Assembly: GCA_963781585.1 (NCBI GenBank)
Contig: CAWAGQ010000006.1
Coordinates: forward strand, 64,001 to 128,000
Length of the DNA stretch: 64,000 nt
Direction: 5' to 3'
Origin: an uncultured Gemmatimonadaceae bacterium
GTDB lineage: Bacteria; Gemmatimonadota; Gemmatimonadetes; Gemmatimonadales; Gemmatimonadaceae
Shown here: piece by piece, positions 49,285-59,023 of the stretch
How the letters are laid out: each line of letters starts with the position of its first letter
Position numbering within the stretch: position 1 is the first letter of the stretch
Made by a program: the position numbers and the translations under genes
The notes under the pieces: generated by a model
What the model was told of the DNA's origin: nothing
Seen by the model: only the letters and a program-made list of their open reading frames with translations
Database searches by the model: none

Positions 49285-49668
49285 ATGCCGCACCGAATAC
49301 TGAAGATCGCGAGCAGCGCCGGAGTTTTCTGGTTGGCGGTCCCCGCCGCGGTCGCGCAGAAACCTGTGCCCAAGCCGCTCGTGCCGACGCCACCGCCGTC
49401 AAAGGTGGAGATTCCCCGCGACTTCCGGCCGCCTCAGGGCATGTGCCGGGTCTGGATCGACAAGGTGCCGGCCGGTCAGCAGCCCGCGCCCACGGACTGC
49501 GCCAGCGCGATTCGCAACCGGCCGCCTAACGCGCGGGTGATATTCAGCGAGGATTCGCTGCGGCGTGTCAGGTCGAGGGGGCGGGATAGCGTGCAGGACG
49601 GCAAGGCAGCCGCGCGCAAGCCCGACCGCAAACCGGTGAAGAAGCCTCCCGAGCCGCCGGGATCCTGA
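49285..49668 (+). CDS. Exported Pro-rich hypothetical protein
   Basis: Signal-like N-terminus; IPRDFRPPQGMCRVWID...QPAPTDC motif; start uncertain (49231-49285). Confidence 0.65.
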   Translation: MPHRILKIASSAGVFWLAVPAAVAQKPVPKPLVPTPPPSKVEIPRDFRPPQGMCRVWIDKVPAGQQPAPTDCASAIRNRPPNARVIFSEDSLRRVRSRGRDSVQDGKAAARKPDRKPVKKPPEPPGS

Positions 49669-49757
49669 AAGGCGGCGCCCCATTTCCGGACTCCCAGGAC
49701 GCGCCGGCGCGAGCATCGAGACTCGCGCCGGCGGGTTCGTCTGCGCACCTTGGGATC

Positions 49758-52448
49758 GTGCTGCGCGACGTCCACGACCACGCTCTTCCGTCCGATCACG
49801 GAGCCTTCGTCGCCGGCGGGCCGCCCGGCGGTCGGATCATCGTCATCGCGCCCACGCGCGCGGCCTGCGAGACGATCGAGCTCGCGCTGGCCCTGCGTCT
49901 CGACACGGTCCTGGAGCGGGAGCACGGTGCCGAAATCCGCGCCCTGGCACGGGACCGCCGCGCCTTCGGCATCGTCGCTGGCACGGGGACGGGCAAGACG
50001 CTCGCCATCCGGCCCATCGCCGAAGAGCTCCTGGGGACCACCGGGCTGCGAGTGGGGGTGGTGAATCGCGAGCGGGAGGCGACACCCGAGACGCCGACCT
50101 GGAACGTCATCATCGTGACCACCGGCATCGCGAGGCGCTGGTTCGAGGATGGAGACATCCTCCCCGCCGACACGCTGGTGGTCGACGAGATCCACCAGAC
50201 GTCCGCCGAGCTCGAACTGTGCCTCGCCCTCGGCCGGCGCGTGGGATGTCGCTTCATCTGGCTCTCGGCCACCGTCGACCCGCGGTTCTACGCGCGATAC
50301 CTGAATTCGGCGGCGGTGATCGACAGTCGCGCGTTCGATGCCGCAAGAGCCGCCACCGTAAGAGTTGTGCGAGACGACGTCGCCGCGTTCTTGAGTGATC
50401 GCTTTCTGCAACACGTCGTGCGGCGCCGTCGCGGCGTTGGCGTGTTCCTTCCAACCCGAGCCGCGGTGGAGAGCGTCGCGGCCGACGTTGCGGCGCGCTT
50501 TCCACGCATCACCGCCGCGTTCTACCACGGCGGCGAGCCGATTCGCGTCATCCGTCCTTTTCTCGAGGACGGGGTGGCGAAACCCTACCTGCTCGCAATG
50601 ACCGCGGCGGGGCAGAGTTCCATCAACGTGAAGGGGCTGGATACCGTCGTCATAGACGATTCGCGCTTTGCCAACGTAGTCGAGAAGGGGCGCAACGTGC
50701 TCACGCGCCTGCATCTGGGCGCCAACGAAATCCTGCAGATGGCCGGGCGCGTTCATGGGCGGGTCGAGAACGGGGAAGTCTTCATCCTCAGCGATCGCGA
50801 CCTTCATTTCGACGCGCTGCAACCGACCGAGCCGGAGTTTCAGCTGGCTGGCGACTCGGAGCGCGTGGCGATCACCTGCGCGGCACTCGGCGTGCGAGCC
50901 GATGCGCTCGAGTTGCCGGTCCCCCTCGATCGCCGCGCCTACCGGAGTGCGCTGGCGTTGCTCGAGGAGCGCGGCATCGTGTCGGAAGGACGGCTCACGC
51001 GCTACGGCCGGCTGGTCGAAGCAACGCCGGTGGAGCGACCATGGGCGGAGCTGCTCGTCCATGCCGACGACGGTCTGCTGCCGTATGTCGCCGTCATGGC
51101 GTCGACCGAGTCACTTCACCGCATGACTCGTGAAGACCGGGACCTGAGCGGCCTGGTTGTCCCGGGGAGCGATCACCTCACGGCGTACAACGTATACGCA
51201 GACGCGTACACCCGGTCCGGATACGTCGGTCAGGTTTATGGCCTCGCGCGACATCTCTTCGACGAAGGGACGATCGCACAGTGGGCAGAGCGCCGCGGGG
51301 TGCTGGTTCGCGCGATCGAGGACTCGGCGCTCGCCGTGGCCAGTGTATGTCGCGCGCTGGAGGTGGAGCTCCCGCGCACGCTGCCGCGGGCGACCGATGA
51401 GGTGCGCCGCGGCTTCTGCGAGCTGGTGGCGCGGGTCATGCCGTTCGCGCTGGTGATCGACGAGGAAACGGTCGACGGCCAGGAGGCACGCGTCTCGAGG
51501 AGCAGCGTCTGTGGCTCGTGGGGAGCGATTGCGGGCGATCTGCGCTACTTCGCCGACCGTTTCGGCATCCCTCGCGCGAGCATCGAAGGCACGCAGCTTC
51601 CAATGTCCCTGGTACGGAAACACGCAGTTCGGGAGTCCGCCGAGTTGGCGTTCGACCCGACCGGAAAGAGGGACAGGCTCGTGCTGCGGAGCCGAGTGAG
51701 CTATTTCGGTTTCGAGCTCGAGCGGGCGGAGCAGCCGGTGGGGACATTCCCGGTCGACCAGGGGGCCCGGGCCCGCCGCCTTCTGGCTGAGGCGCTGGCC
51801 AGTGGAGAAGCGCGACACCCAGCCGTGCGGAGATACCGTCAGGTGATCGAGGAGACGCGTGAGCTGTTCCGCCGTTCTGGCGGGACCACGCCGCGGCTGG
51901 GCATCGCCGAGCTCGCGGCGATGTACGAGACGGCGCTGTCGGGCGTGATGTCGATGGAGGAATACCGTGCGGCGCCGCTGCGTCTTCGCCTGGACGAGCT
52001 GGTGCCCGAGGCAGAGCGCGAGCGGTTGCGTGATCTTCCGGACGCGGTCGAGCTGCGCGGCAAGTGGATCGGCATCGAATACGATCTCGAGGAGTCCGGT
52101 GCGGCGGAACAGGCGGACGCGAGTGAGTCGGGGCGCGGTGGTGCCGGAGATGCCGGCGGCAGCGGAGTGACGGCCGTCGCGCGGTTGCGGCTGCCGGAGA
52201 AGCTTGCTCGCGTGCTGACGGCCGACGAGCTGCCGGCGCTGGACCGGCCGCTGCGCTTCGTCGTGACGCGCGGGGCGCGGGGCGCGGTGCGCGCACCGAC
52301 GCTGGAGGCGATTCGTCGGGCGCTCGACGAGCCATCTTCGACGGAACGACCCGCTGTCGCCGGTCCTGTGGCGCGTCCCACCCACCCTCGGCGTCAGCGG
52401 CCGGAGGAGCGACGTCTGCCGCGCGGCCGCGGGCGCCGTCGTCGTTAG
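49758..52448 (+). CDS. DEAH/HrpB-like SF2 helicase
   Basis: AGTGTGKT, VVDEIH, SAT, VFLPTR, QMAGRVHGR, GRLTRYGR. Confidence 0.82.
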   Translation: MLRDVHDHALPSDHGAFVAGGPPGGRIIVIAPTRAACETIELALALRLDTVLEREHGAEIRALARDRRAFGIVAGTGTGKTLAIRPIAEELLGTTGLRVGVVNREREATPETPTWNVIIVTTGIARRWFEDGDILPADTLVVDEIHQTSAELELCLALGRRVGCRFIWLSATVDPRFYARYLNSAAVIDSRAFDAARAATVRVVRDDVAAFLSDRFLQHVVRRRRGVGVFLPTRAAVESVAADVAARFPRITAAFYHGGEPIRVIRPFLEDGVAKPYLLAMTAAGQSSINVKGLDTVVIDDSRFANVVEKGRNVLTRLHLGANEILQMAGRVHGRVENGEVFILSDRDLHFDALQPTEPEFQLAGDSERVAITCAALGVRADALELPVPLDRRAYRSALALLEERGIVSEGRLTRYGRLVEATPVERPWAELLVHADDGLLPYVAVMASTESLHRMTREDRDLSGLVVPGSDHLTAYNVYADAYTRSGYVGQVYGLARHLFDEGTIAQWAERRGVLVRAIEDSALAVASVCRALEVELPRTLPRATDEVRRGFCELVARVMPFALVIDEETVDGQEARVSRSSVCGSWGAIAGDLRYFADRFGIPRASIEGTQLPMSLVRKHAVRESAELAFDPTGKRDRLVLRSRVSYFGFELERAEQPVGTFPVDQGARARRLLAEALASGEARHPAVRRYRQVIEETRELFRRSGGTTPRLGIAELAAMYETALSGVMSMEEYRAAPLRLRLDELVPEAERERLRDLPDAVELRGKWIGIEYDLEESGAAEQADASESGRGGAGDAGGSGVTAVARLRLPEKLARVLTADELPALDRPLRFVVTRGARGAVRAPTLEAIRRALDEPSSTERPAVAGPVARPTHPRRQRPEERRLPRGRGRRRR

Positions 52449-52960
52449 GCGTCGGGTACGTCGGCGGCGTAGGTTTCGGAGCGCCAGGGCCGGAATCCGC
52501 GGGCGAGGTAGTTCGGAAGGGCGGCCGGGTGGTCGAGGGTACAGGTGTGGAGCCAGACGCGTCGCGCGCCGAGTGCCCAGGCTTCGTCGGCTGCCCGGGA
52601 GAGGAGGAACCTGCCCAATCCGCGGCCGATGTAGGGTTGCGCGAGGCCGAAGTAGGCGATTTCCACCGAACCGTCCTGGTGTCGCACGAGCTCGAAATAG
52701 CCGGCGGGATCGTTCGCTACGCGAAGGATCCAGATGGCCACGTCGGGACGCGCCAGGTAGGCCGCCAACTGTCGGTGCGACCAGTGGTCCCGGTCGTGCC
52801 AGTGAAACGCGCGCCCCACCGACGCGTACAGGGCGCGGTAGAGGGCGACATCACAACGCACGTGATCCAGCGCCGCGGAAGGCTCGGGGGACGGGGCCCG
52901 GCGCAGCTGCTCGGGACTGTGCATCTCGAGCCAGGTACGGATCACGGTCACCGCGGGCAT
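52445..52960 (-). CDS. GNAT family N-acetyltransferase
   Basis: AGYFEL, EIAYFGL, GRGLGRFLL, WLHTCTLDHPAALPNYLARGF. Confidence 0.9.
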   Translation of the reverse strand: MPAVTVIRTWLEMHSPEQLRRAPSPEPSAALDHVRCDVALYRALYASVGRAFHWHDRDHWSHRQLAAYLARPDVAIWILRVANDPAGYFELVRHQDGSVEIAYFGLAQPYIGRGLGRFLLSRAADEAWALGARRVWLHTCTLDHPAALPNYLARGFRPWRSETYAADVPDA

Positions 52961-53056
52961 GCGACCGGAGCGCCGATCGATTCCTGGTGCGAGCCGTGTA
53001 TCGGCGGGCGGAGCGTGGTTCGCAACGGACCGGCGCCCGCGCCAGGCGCCATCTCG

Positions 53057-53773
53057 TTAGGCGCTGACTTCTTCGCCCGGTAGCACCGGCGGGACATTCG
53101 TGGGGTGGCGGTCGTCGGCGCGTCCACGGGCGCGGAACCGCGCGGCCTTGGCGCGGTTCCCGCAGGTCGCCATGTCGCACCATCGCCGCCGTCCGTTCCG
53201 GGTGGAGTCGTAGAAGACCCGCGGACACCGCGGGTCGGCGCACTGTCGCACACGCACCAGCTCATTGTGGACCAGCGCCTCGGCGGCCGACTCGACCACC
53301 GGAATCATCAGCCCGGCGAAGGCGTCGCCGACGGGAACGAAGCTCTGCCGAAACGAACCGTCCGACCGCCACTCCACCCGGCGGGTGCCGGCGCTTCTGC
53401 CCAGGACCCGATTGATCTCCAGCAGCGCGTCGGCGCGGGTGCGCTCCGAGGTGGCGCCACGCTCCGCCAACGTGCGGAGGGCGGCCCGTACCCGGCGCGC
53501 ATCGACGAGGGCGGCGGCGGCGCCAGCGGGCTGCTGGACGGCGCGCCGAGCGATGCCGACGGCGCGCTCCGCATCCAGAACGCGCGTCGTCTCGAGCCAT
53601 CGCACGAGCGTGTCAAAATCGCGAAGCACGTCGACTCGCACGCCTCGGCGCGCGTCGTCGGTGTTCACGAAGTCGAGCCAGAGGCGCTCGCCGACGAAGA
53701 CGAACGGTACCTCCGACGAGTCGACGGACAACAGGGCGTGGCTCACAGGATCGTGGCGCAGGAGGAGCGACAT
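53057..53773 (-). CDS. ABATE/CGNR zinc finger domain protein
   Basis: LWLDFVNT; CADPRC..FYDSTRNGRRRWCDMATCGNRAK. Confidence 0.9.
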   Translation of the reverse strand: MSLLLRHDPVSHALLSVDSSEVPFVFVGERLWLDFVNTDDARRGVRVDVLRDFDTLVRWLETTRVLDAERAVGIARRAVQQPAGAAAALVDARRVRAALRTLAERGATSERTRADALLEINRVLGRSAGTRRVEWRSDGSFRQSFVPVGDAFAGLMIPVVESAAEALVHNELVRVRQCADPRCPRVFYDSTRNGRRRWCDMATCGNRAKAARFRARGRADDRHPTNVPPVLPGEEVSA

Positions 53774-53977
53774 TCCGGCCAAGCTTACGTGTCGATCCAA
53801 CGGCGTGCAAGCGAAGTCTCCCCCATTCCCGCCCGGCGCTAGATTTCCTCGCCGGCACCGCTCCGGTTCCCCTTGCCTCGAGCTGCGCACGCCTGATTCC
53901 CCACATCGATTCGTGACGGCTGAGAACGCGATTGTCGGTTCGGCGCACGCGATTCGGGCCGATGGCCGGAGAACCGC

Positions 53978-54451
53978 GTGAATCCCCCGCGCCCCTTCGT
54001 GGTGCACGAGTATGTGCGGTGGAGCGACGTCGATCCGATGGGCATTATCCGATACGACGCCTACACGCGCTTCTTCGAGCTCGCCGAGTCCGAACTGTTC
54101 CGTGCCGTGGGCGTGCCGCTCAGCGCGCTCCATGAGCGTTTCCGCATATCGATTCCGCGACGGGTGATGCACATGGAGTTCGTGTCGCCGCCGGTGCTCG
54201 ACGAGCGACTCGAGGTCCGCGCGTACGTGAGCAAAGTCGGAACCACGTCGCTGACTCTCAGCTTCGACATCCACGGCAGTGGCGGCCAGTTGCGATGTAC
54301 CGGCTATCTGGTGCTGGTGTGCGCGCAATCAAGTGGAGCGCGGATCACCAGGCGGGCATGGCCGCCGGAGCTTCTGACGCTGCTGGCCCCGTTCCGGCTT
54401 GCCACCGAGCAGGCTCGTGCCAGCGCCGTCTCATCACCGGGAGCGTCCTGA
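53978..54451 (+). CDS. Acyl-CoA thioesterase (4HBT/YbgC hotdog family)
   Basis: VRWSDVDPMGIIRYDAYTRFFE, VSKVGTTSL. Confidence 0.85.
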   Translation: MNPPRPFVVHEYVRWSDVDPMGIIRYDAYTRFFELAESELFRAVGVPLSALHERFRISIPRRVMHMEFVSPPVLDERLEVRAYVSKVGTTSLTLSFDIHGSGGQLRCTGYLVLVCAQSSGARITRRAWPPELLTLLAPFRLATEQARASAVSSPGAS

Positions 54452-54524
54452 GTGTGGCAGGCGCCGTCTCGGGTCAGCCAACTGTTTCTCGGCCCGGGCG
54501 ACCTGCGTCTATATTCCACACGCG

Positions 54525-55790
54525 ATGGTGTCCCCTCTTCCCGACACGTACTACCGCAAGGGCCTAGGCCTCAAGGCCGAGGTGCAGGGCGACCTGTCTG
54601 CGGATTATGCGGGCTGGATCGTCGATGTTCTCCGGGAACGCGAGGGGGTGCTCACGGTAGGCGAGGTGACGGTGCAGTTGGCGCGCGAGTTCGGCTTCTG
54701 CTATGGCGTGGAGCGGGCAGTGGAATACGCGTACCAGGCGCGCCGCAAGTTTCCCGACCGTCGCATTTTCCTGGCCGGCGAGATCATCCACAATCCGCAC
54801 GTGAACGAGAAGCTGCGGCGCATGGGGATCGTGATTCTGGGCCCGCACGACCAGCGAGAGGACGAGCCGCGGTTCGACTACGCGGAGGTCGGGACCGATG
54901 ACGTGGTGGTGCTGCCGGCGTTTGGCGTTACCATCCGCGACTTCGAGGCACTGCGTGCACGCGGCTGCATCGTGGTCGACACGACGTGCGGGTCGGTGCT
55001 GAACGTCTGGAAGCGGGTCGAGAGTTATGCCCGCGACGGCTTCACCGCGCTGATCCACGGGAAGTGGTACCACGAGGAGACGCGGGCGACGGCATCGCAG
55101 GTGCGGCGTTTTGCCGACGGACACTACGTCATCGTGCGCGACATGAGTGAGACGCGGCTGGTCTGCGAGTTCATTGAAGCGCTGGGTGGCGGTGAACCGG
55201 ATGCGTCGCGGGTGGCCGCGTTTCGCGCGCGATTTGCCCACGCGGTGTCGCCGGGATTCGAGCCGGTGCAGCATCTGCGGCAAATCGGTGTGGCCAACCA
55301 GACCACCATGCTGGCGCGCGAATCGCTCGCGATCGGCGAGGAGGTGGGCCGAGCGGTGGAACGCGCCTTTGGCGCCCCCTACCGGGAGCGGCACTTCCGC
55401 ACCTTCGACACCATCTGCTCGGCGACGCAGGATCGCCAGGACGCCGTGTTGGCGCTCTTGAACGAGCCGCTGCACGCGATGGTGGTGGTGGGCGGGTTCA
55501 ATTCGAGCAATACGCTGTCGTTGGCCGCGTTGTGCGCCGAGAAGGTGACCACCTATCATGTCGAGGACGCCGCGAACATCGATCCGGCCGCGAACGAGAT
55601 CCGATATCGACCCACCGGCCGCCACGACGACGAGGCGGTGGCGCGGGACTGGATGCCGCGCACCGGGCCGGTGCGGGTGGGAATCACGGCCGGTGCGAGC
55701 ACCCCGAACAATCGCATCGGCGAGGCGGTGGCGAACATATTTGGTACCCGCGGGATCGCGCTCGACCGGCGAGCGCTGGATCCGGAGTAG
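54525..55790 (+). CDS. ispH: 4-hydroxy-3-methylbut-2-enyl diphosphate reductase
   Basis: GFCYGVERA, IIHNPHV, DTTC, NQTT, DTICSATQDRQ, SSNT, TAGASTP. Confidence 0.95.
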   Translation: MVSPLPDTYYRKGLGLKAEVQGDLSADYAGWIVDVLREREGVLTVGEVTVQLAREFGFCYGVERAVEYAYQARRKFPDRRIFLAGEIIHNPHVNEKLRRMGIVILGPHDQREDEPRFDYAEVGTDDVVVLPAFGVTIRDFEALRARGCIVVDTTCGSVLNVWKRVESYARDGFTALIHGKWYHEETRATASQVRRFADGHYVIVRDMSETRLVCEFIEALGGGEPDASRVAAFRARFAHAVSPGFEPVQHLRQIGVANQTTMLARESLAIGEEVGRAVERAFGAPYRERHFRTFDTICSATQDRQDAVLALLNEPLHAMVVVGGFNSSNTLSLAALCAEKVTTYHVEDAANIDPAANEIRYRPTGRHDDEAVARDWMPRTGPVRVGITAGASTPNNRIGEAVANIFGTRGIALDRRALDPE

Positions 55791-55809
55791 CCCGACGCCC
55801 ACGCTTCCC

Positions 55810-56853
55810 GTGCGGTTTCCATTTCGTGCCAGACCGGAGAGGCACTTTCCGGCGCCTTCGGACTTCGGGTACGTGGAAGTGCGCGGCGGCGACAGCCGGG
55901 TGGTCTGTATCCCGTCGCTGGCCGGGAAGATCGTGGAACTCGAGCTCGCCGGCCGGCAATGGCTCTGGCACAGCGACAGCATTCCGTTCGCGCCGCCCAA
56001 GGAGGGCGCGAGTTACGCGGAGACAGCGGACAGCGGCGGAATGGACGAGTGTTTCCCGACGGTCAGCGCCTGCCGGATCCCAGGCTGGGTGCGCGCCTGG
56101 GGCGGGGTGGAGCTTCCCGACCATGGCGAGCTGTGGTCGCAGGTCCCGGAGCTCGAAATCGAGACCGGCCCCGAGGGTCAGGCGATCGTGACCACCTGGG
56201 AAGGGCGGCGGATGCCGTACCGCCTAACGCGAGTGGCGCGGGTGGCGCCGGACGGTGCGGTAGTGATGACCTACCATGCGGTCAACGACGCCACCGATCG
56301 CGTGCCCTTCATCTGGGCGGGGCATCCGCTCATTCCGCTCACGCCGCAGACCCAGCTGTTGCTGCCCGAGGGCGCCCCGATGCGCGTCTACGCCGCGCAT
56401 CGGGTGGTGATGGGAGACGCGCGTTCGCTCCACCACTGGCCGTTCGTGCGCGCGGCGGGACGGGTGCTCGACTTCCTCACCCCCTACAACGTGGCGAAGG
56501 AGTACGCCTGCAAGCTGTTCGTCGACATGCCGGCGGGGCGGGGGTACGCGCGGTTGCGAGAGGGCAGCGTGGAGCTCGAAGTGGCGTTCGATACGAAAGA
56601 GGTCGGTCAGTTCGGTCTCTGGATCAACCGGGGGGGCTGGAGTCCGAACAAGCGGCAGCGTCCGAACACCAACCTGGCGTTTCAGCCGTGCCTCGGCGCC
56701 CCCGACTCGCTGACCGACGCGCTGGGGGACTGGAAGCGTGCCCAGTGGCTCGATCCCGGACAGGTGCGTACGTGGTCGGTGACCTGGCGGGGTCGCGTGG
56801 TGCCGCCCGAGCCCGACGGCGACGGGATCGGCCCGTCGACGACCACCGAGTAA
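55810..56853 (+). CDS. Galactose mutarotase/aldose-1-epimerase-like protein
   Basis: GGMDECFPTV, PDHGELW, FIWAGHP, GLWIN; GTG start inferred. Confidence 0.72.
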   Translation: MRFPFRARPERHFPAPSDFGYVEVRGGDSRVVCIPSLAGKIVELELAGRQWLWHSDSIPFAPPKEGASYAETADSGGMDECFPTVSACRIPGWVRAWGGVELPDHGELWSQVPELEIETGPEGQAIVTTWEGRRMPYRLTRVARVAPDGAVVMTYHAVNDATDRVPFIWAGHPLIPLTPQTQLLLPEGAPMRVYAAHRVVMGDARSLHHWPFVRAAGRVLDFLTPYNVAKEYACKLFVDMPAGRGYARLREGSVELEVAFDTKEVGQFGLWINRGGWSPNKRQRPNTNLAFQPCLGAPDSLTDALGDWKRAQWLDPGQVRTWSVTWRGRVVPPEPDGDGIGPSTTTE

Positions 56854-56903
56854 TCCCCGGGGCCGACCTAGAAAACGGCGTCCGCGGCGTCGATCTTACA
56901 GTC

Positions 56904-57983
56904 ATGTCGTCGCAGGAGCTGCCGCGATCGCGCGCCGCCGTGGCCACGCTCATCGGGACCGAGGGGAGCTCGCCCAAACGCCCGGGGGCCAAGATGTGGG
57001 TGGACGCCGACGGACGGATCCTCGGTTCAGTGACCATCGGCGGCTGCGTCGACGCGCGGGTGATCGAGGAATCGGCCCGCGTGCTCGCGGCGCGCGTGCC
57101 CTCGCTCGTTTCCATGTCGTTAGGCGACGAGGACGCGTGGGCGCTCGGAATGACGTGCGGCGGCACCGTGGAGGTGCTGGTGGAGCCGGTGGACCCGACC
57201 GATCCCGCCGACCCGGTGGCGCGCGCGCTCGATGAAGCAGGCCGGGAGGCCGACGCCGGTCGCCGCACGGTGGTGGTCGCCCCGCTCGATGGCGCCGTCA
57301 CGCGCCTGGTGATCCGCGAACACGAGCCACGAACCGGCACGCTGGGATCGTCGGCGCTGGACGACGCGGCCGAGGCCGCGGCGCGCGAGCTGCTGGCGGG
57401 CGGCGTGCCGGTGGTGCGCAGCGTCAGCGCCGAAGGGCAGGCGCATCGGCTGTATTTCGAGCCCCACGCGCCGCCGATCACGCTGATCGTGTTCGGCGCG
57501 ACCCATGTGGCGATGCCCCTGGTGGCGATGGCCAGGGTGCTGGGCCTCCGCACAGTGGTGGTGGATGGGCGCGAACGGTTCGCGACCCGCGAACGCTTCC
57601 CCGATGCCGACGAGATCATCGTCGGCATGCCGTCCGAGATCGCAGGCCGATTGCCGTTAGGCAGCGGGTCGCTGGTGGTGCTGCTGTCGCACGACTACAA
57701 GTACGACCTGCCGGTGTTGCGAGCCGTGCTGGCGAGCGACGCGGCCTACGTCGGGCTGCTGGGCAGCCGCCGACGTGGTGGTGCGCTGCTCGACTTCCTC
57801 GCCGACGACGGGGTACCCCCCGACCAACTGGCGCGCGTCCGGGTTCCGGTCGGGCTCGACATCGGCGCCGCCACGGCCGAGGAAATCGCGCTCAGCGTGC
57901 TGGCCGAAGCCTACGCCGTACACCGGCGGCGCCCGGGTGGTGCGATGCGCGATCGCGATCGGGGACGCGCGTCGACCGCGTGA
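56904..57983 (+). CDS. xdhC: XdhC/CoxI family molybdenum cofactor chaperone
   Basis: GSSPKRPGAKM, IGGCV, GMTCGG, YVGLLGSRRR, PVGLDIGAATAEEIALS. Confidence 0.92.
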   Translation: MSSQELPRSRAAVATLIGTEGSSPKRPGAKMWVDADGRILGSVTIGGCVDARVIEESARVLAARVPSLVSMSLGDEDAWALGMTCGGTVEVLVEPVDPTDPADPVARALDEAGREADAGRRTVVVAPLDGAVTRLVIREHEPRTGTLGSSALDDAAEAAARELLAGGVPVVRSVSAEGQAHRLYFEPHAPPITLIVFGATHVAMPLVAMARVLGLRTVVVDGRERFATRERFPDADEIIVGMPSEIAGRLPLGSGSLVVLLSHDYKYDLPVLRAVLASDAAYVGLLGSRRRGGALLDFLADDGVPPDQLARVRVPVGLDIGAATAEEIALSVLAEAYAVHRRRPGGAMRDRDRGRASTA

Positions 57984-59020
57984 AGACCGTCCGCGTCAGG
58001 CGCGCCGCGTTCGATGACGCCGCGATGGAAGGGTGGGTCCTGGCGCGCGACGTCGCCGACGCCTCCGGCCGCGTCGCTCTGTCCAAGGGCCGCATCCTCG
58101 CCCCGGACGACAACGCCCGACTTCGCGAACTGCCGTGGGACGAACTGCACCTGCTCGCGCCAGAGCCCGACGACCTGCACGAGAGCGACGCCGGATCGCG
58201 ACTGGCGCGCGCCGCCGCAGGCCCCGGTGTCGCACCGGGCCAGCTGAGCGCCGGACACTGGCCGCTCGTGGCGCAGCACCGGGGCATCCTCCAGGTGAAC
58301 GTGGCGGGGCTGATGGACGTGAACCGGCTCTGCGGCCTCGGCCTGTACACATTGTTCGACGGTCAGGTGGTGGATTCCGGTGAACACGTGGGACGTGCCA
58401 AGATCGTTCCGTTCCTGATTGCGGAGGAAATAGTTGTGCAGGCCGAGTCGCTGGCCTCGAGCGCCAATGGGCTGGTTGCGGTCAGGCCGTTCGGCCCTGT
58501 CACGGTGGGAGCCGTCGTCCAGGAGTCGCTGGGGGAGCGCGCATCGGCCCGGTTTCGCGACGCGTTGGCCGAAAAGGTCGAGTGGTTCGGGGCGCGACTC
58601 CTCGAGCCGCGGTTCGTCGCCCCAGAGGCGGACGCGGTTGCATCGGCGATCCGCGACATCGTGGCCGCCGGTGCCTCGGTGGTTACCGTGGCCGGTTCTC
58701 GTCCGATGGATCCGCTCGACCCGGCGTTCGAGGCACTCGACCGCGTTGGCGCGCGGGTGGAACGACACGGCGTGCCCGCGCATCCGGGCAGCCTGCTGTG
58801 GATGGCACGGCTGGGCGACATTCCGGTGATTGGCGTGCCGTCGTGTGGCCTGTTCTCGCGCGCCACCGTCGTGGATCTGGTGCTGCCGCGTCTGCTGGCT
58901 GGATTGCCGGTTGACGCGGCCTGGATGGCCGGACTCGGTCACGGCGGGTTTCTCACGCGCGACATGGCGTTCCGGTTCCCGCCGTACCGCCCGGCGCGCG
59001 ATCGGGGAGCGGTCACCTAG
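57980..59020 (+). CDS. Molybdopterin-binding (MoCF_biosynth/MoeA-like) protein
   Basis: LHESDAG, MDPLD, GVPAHPGSLLW, VIGVPSCG, DLVLPRLLAG, LGHGG; GTGA overlap with xdhC. Confidence 0.8.
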   Translation: MKTVRVRRAAFDDAAMEGWVLARDVADASGRVALSKGRILAPDDNARLRELPWDELHLLAPEPDDLHESDAGSRLARAAAGPGVAPGQLSAGHWPLVAQHRGILQVNVAGLMDVNRLCGLGLYTLFDGQVVDSGEHVGRAKIVPFLIAEEIVVQAESLASSANGLVAVRPFGPVTVGAVVQESLGERASARFRDALAEKVEWFGARLLEPRFVAPEADAVASAIRDIVAAGASVVTVAGSRPMDPLDPAFEALDRVGARVERHGVPAHPGSLLWMARLGDIPVIGVPSCGLFSRATVVDLVLPRLLAGLPVDAAWMAGLGHGGFLTRDMAFRFPPYRPARDRGAVT

Positions 59021-59023
59021 CAG

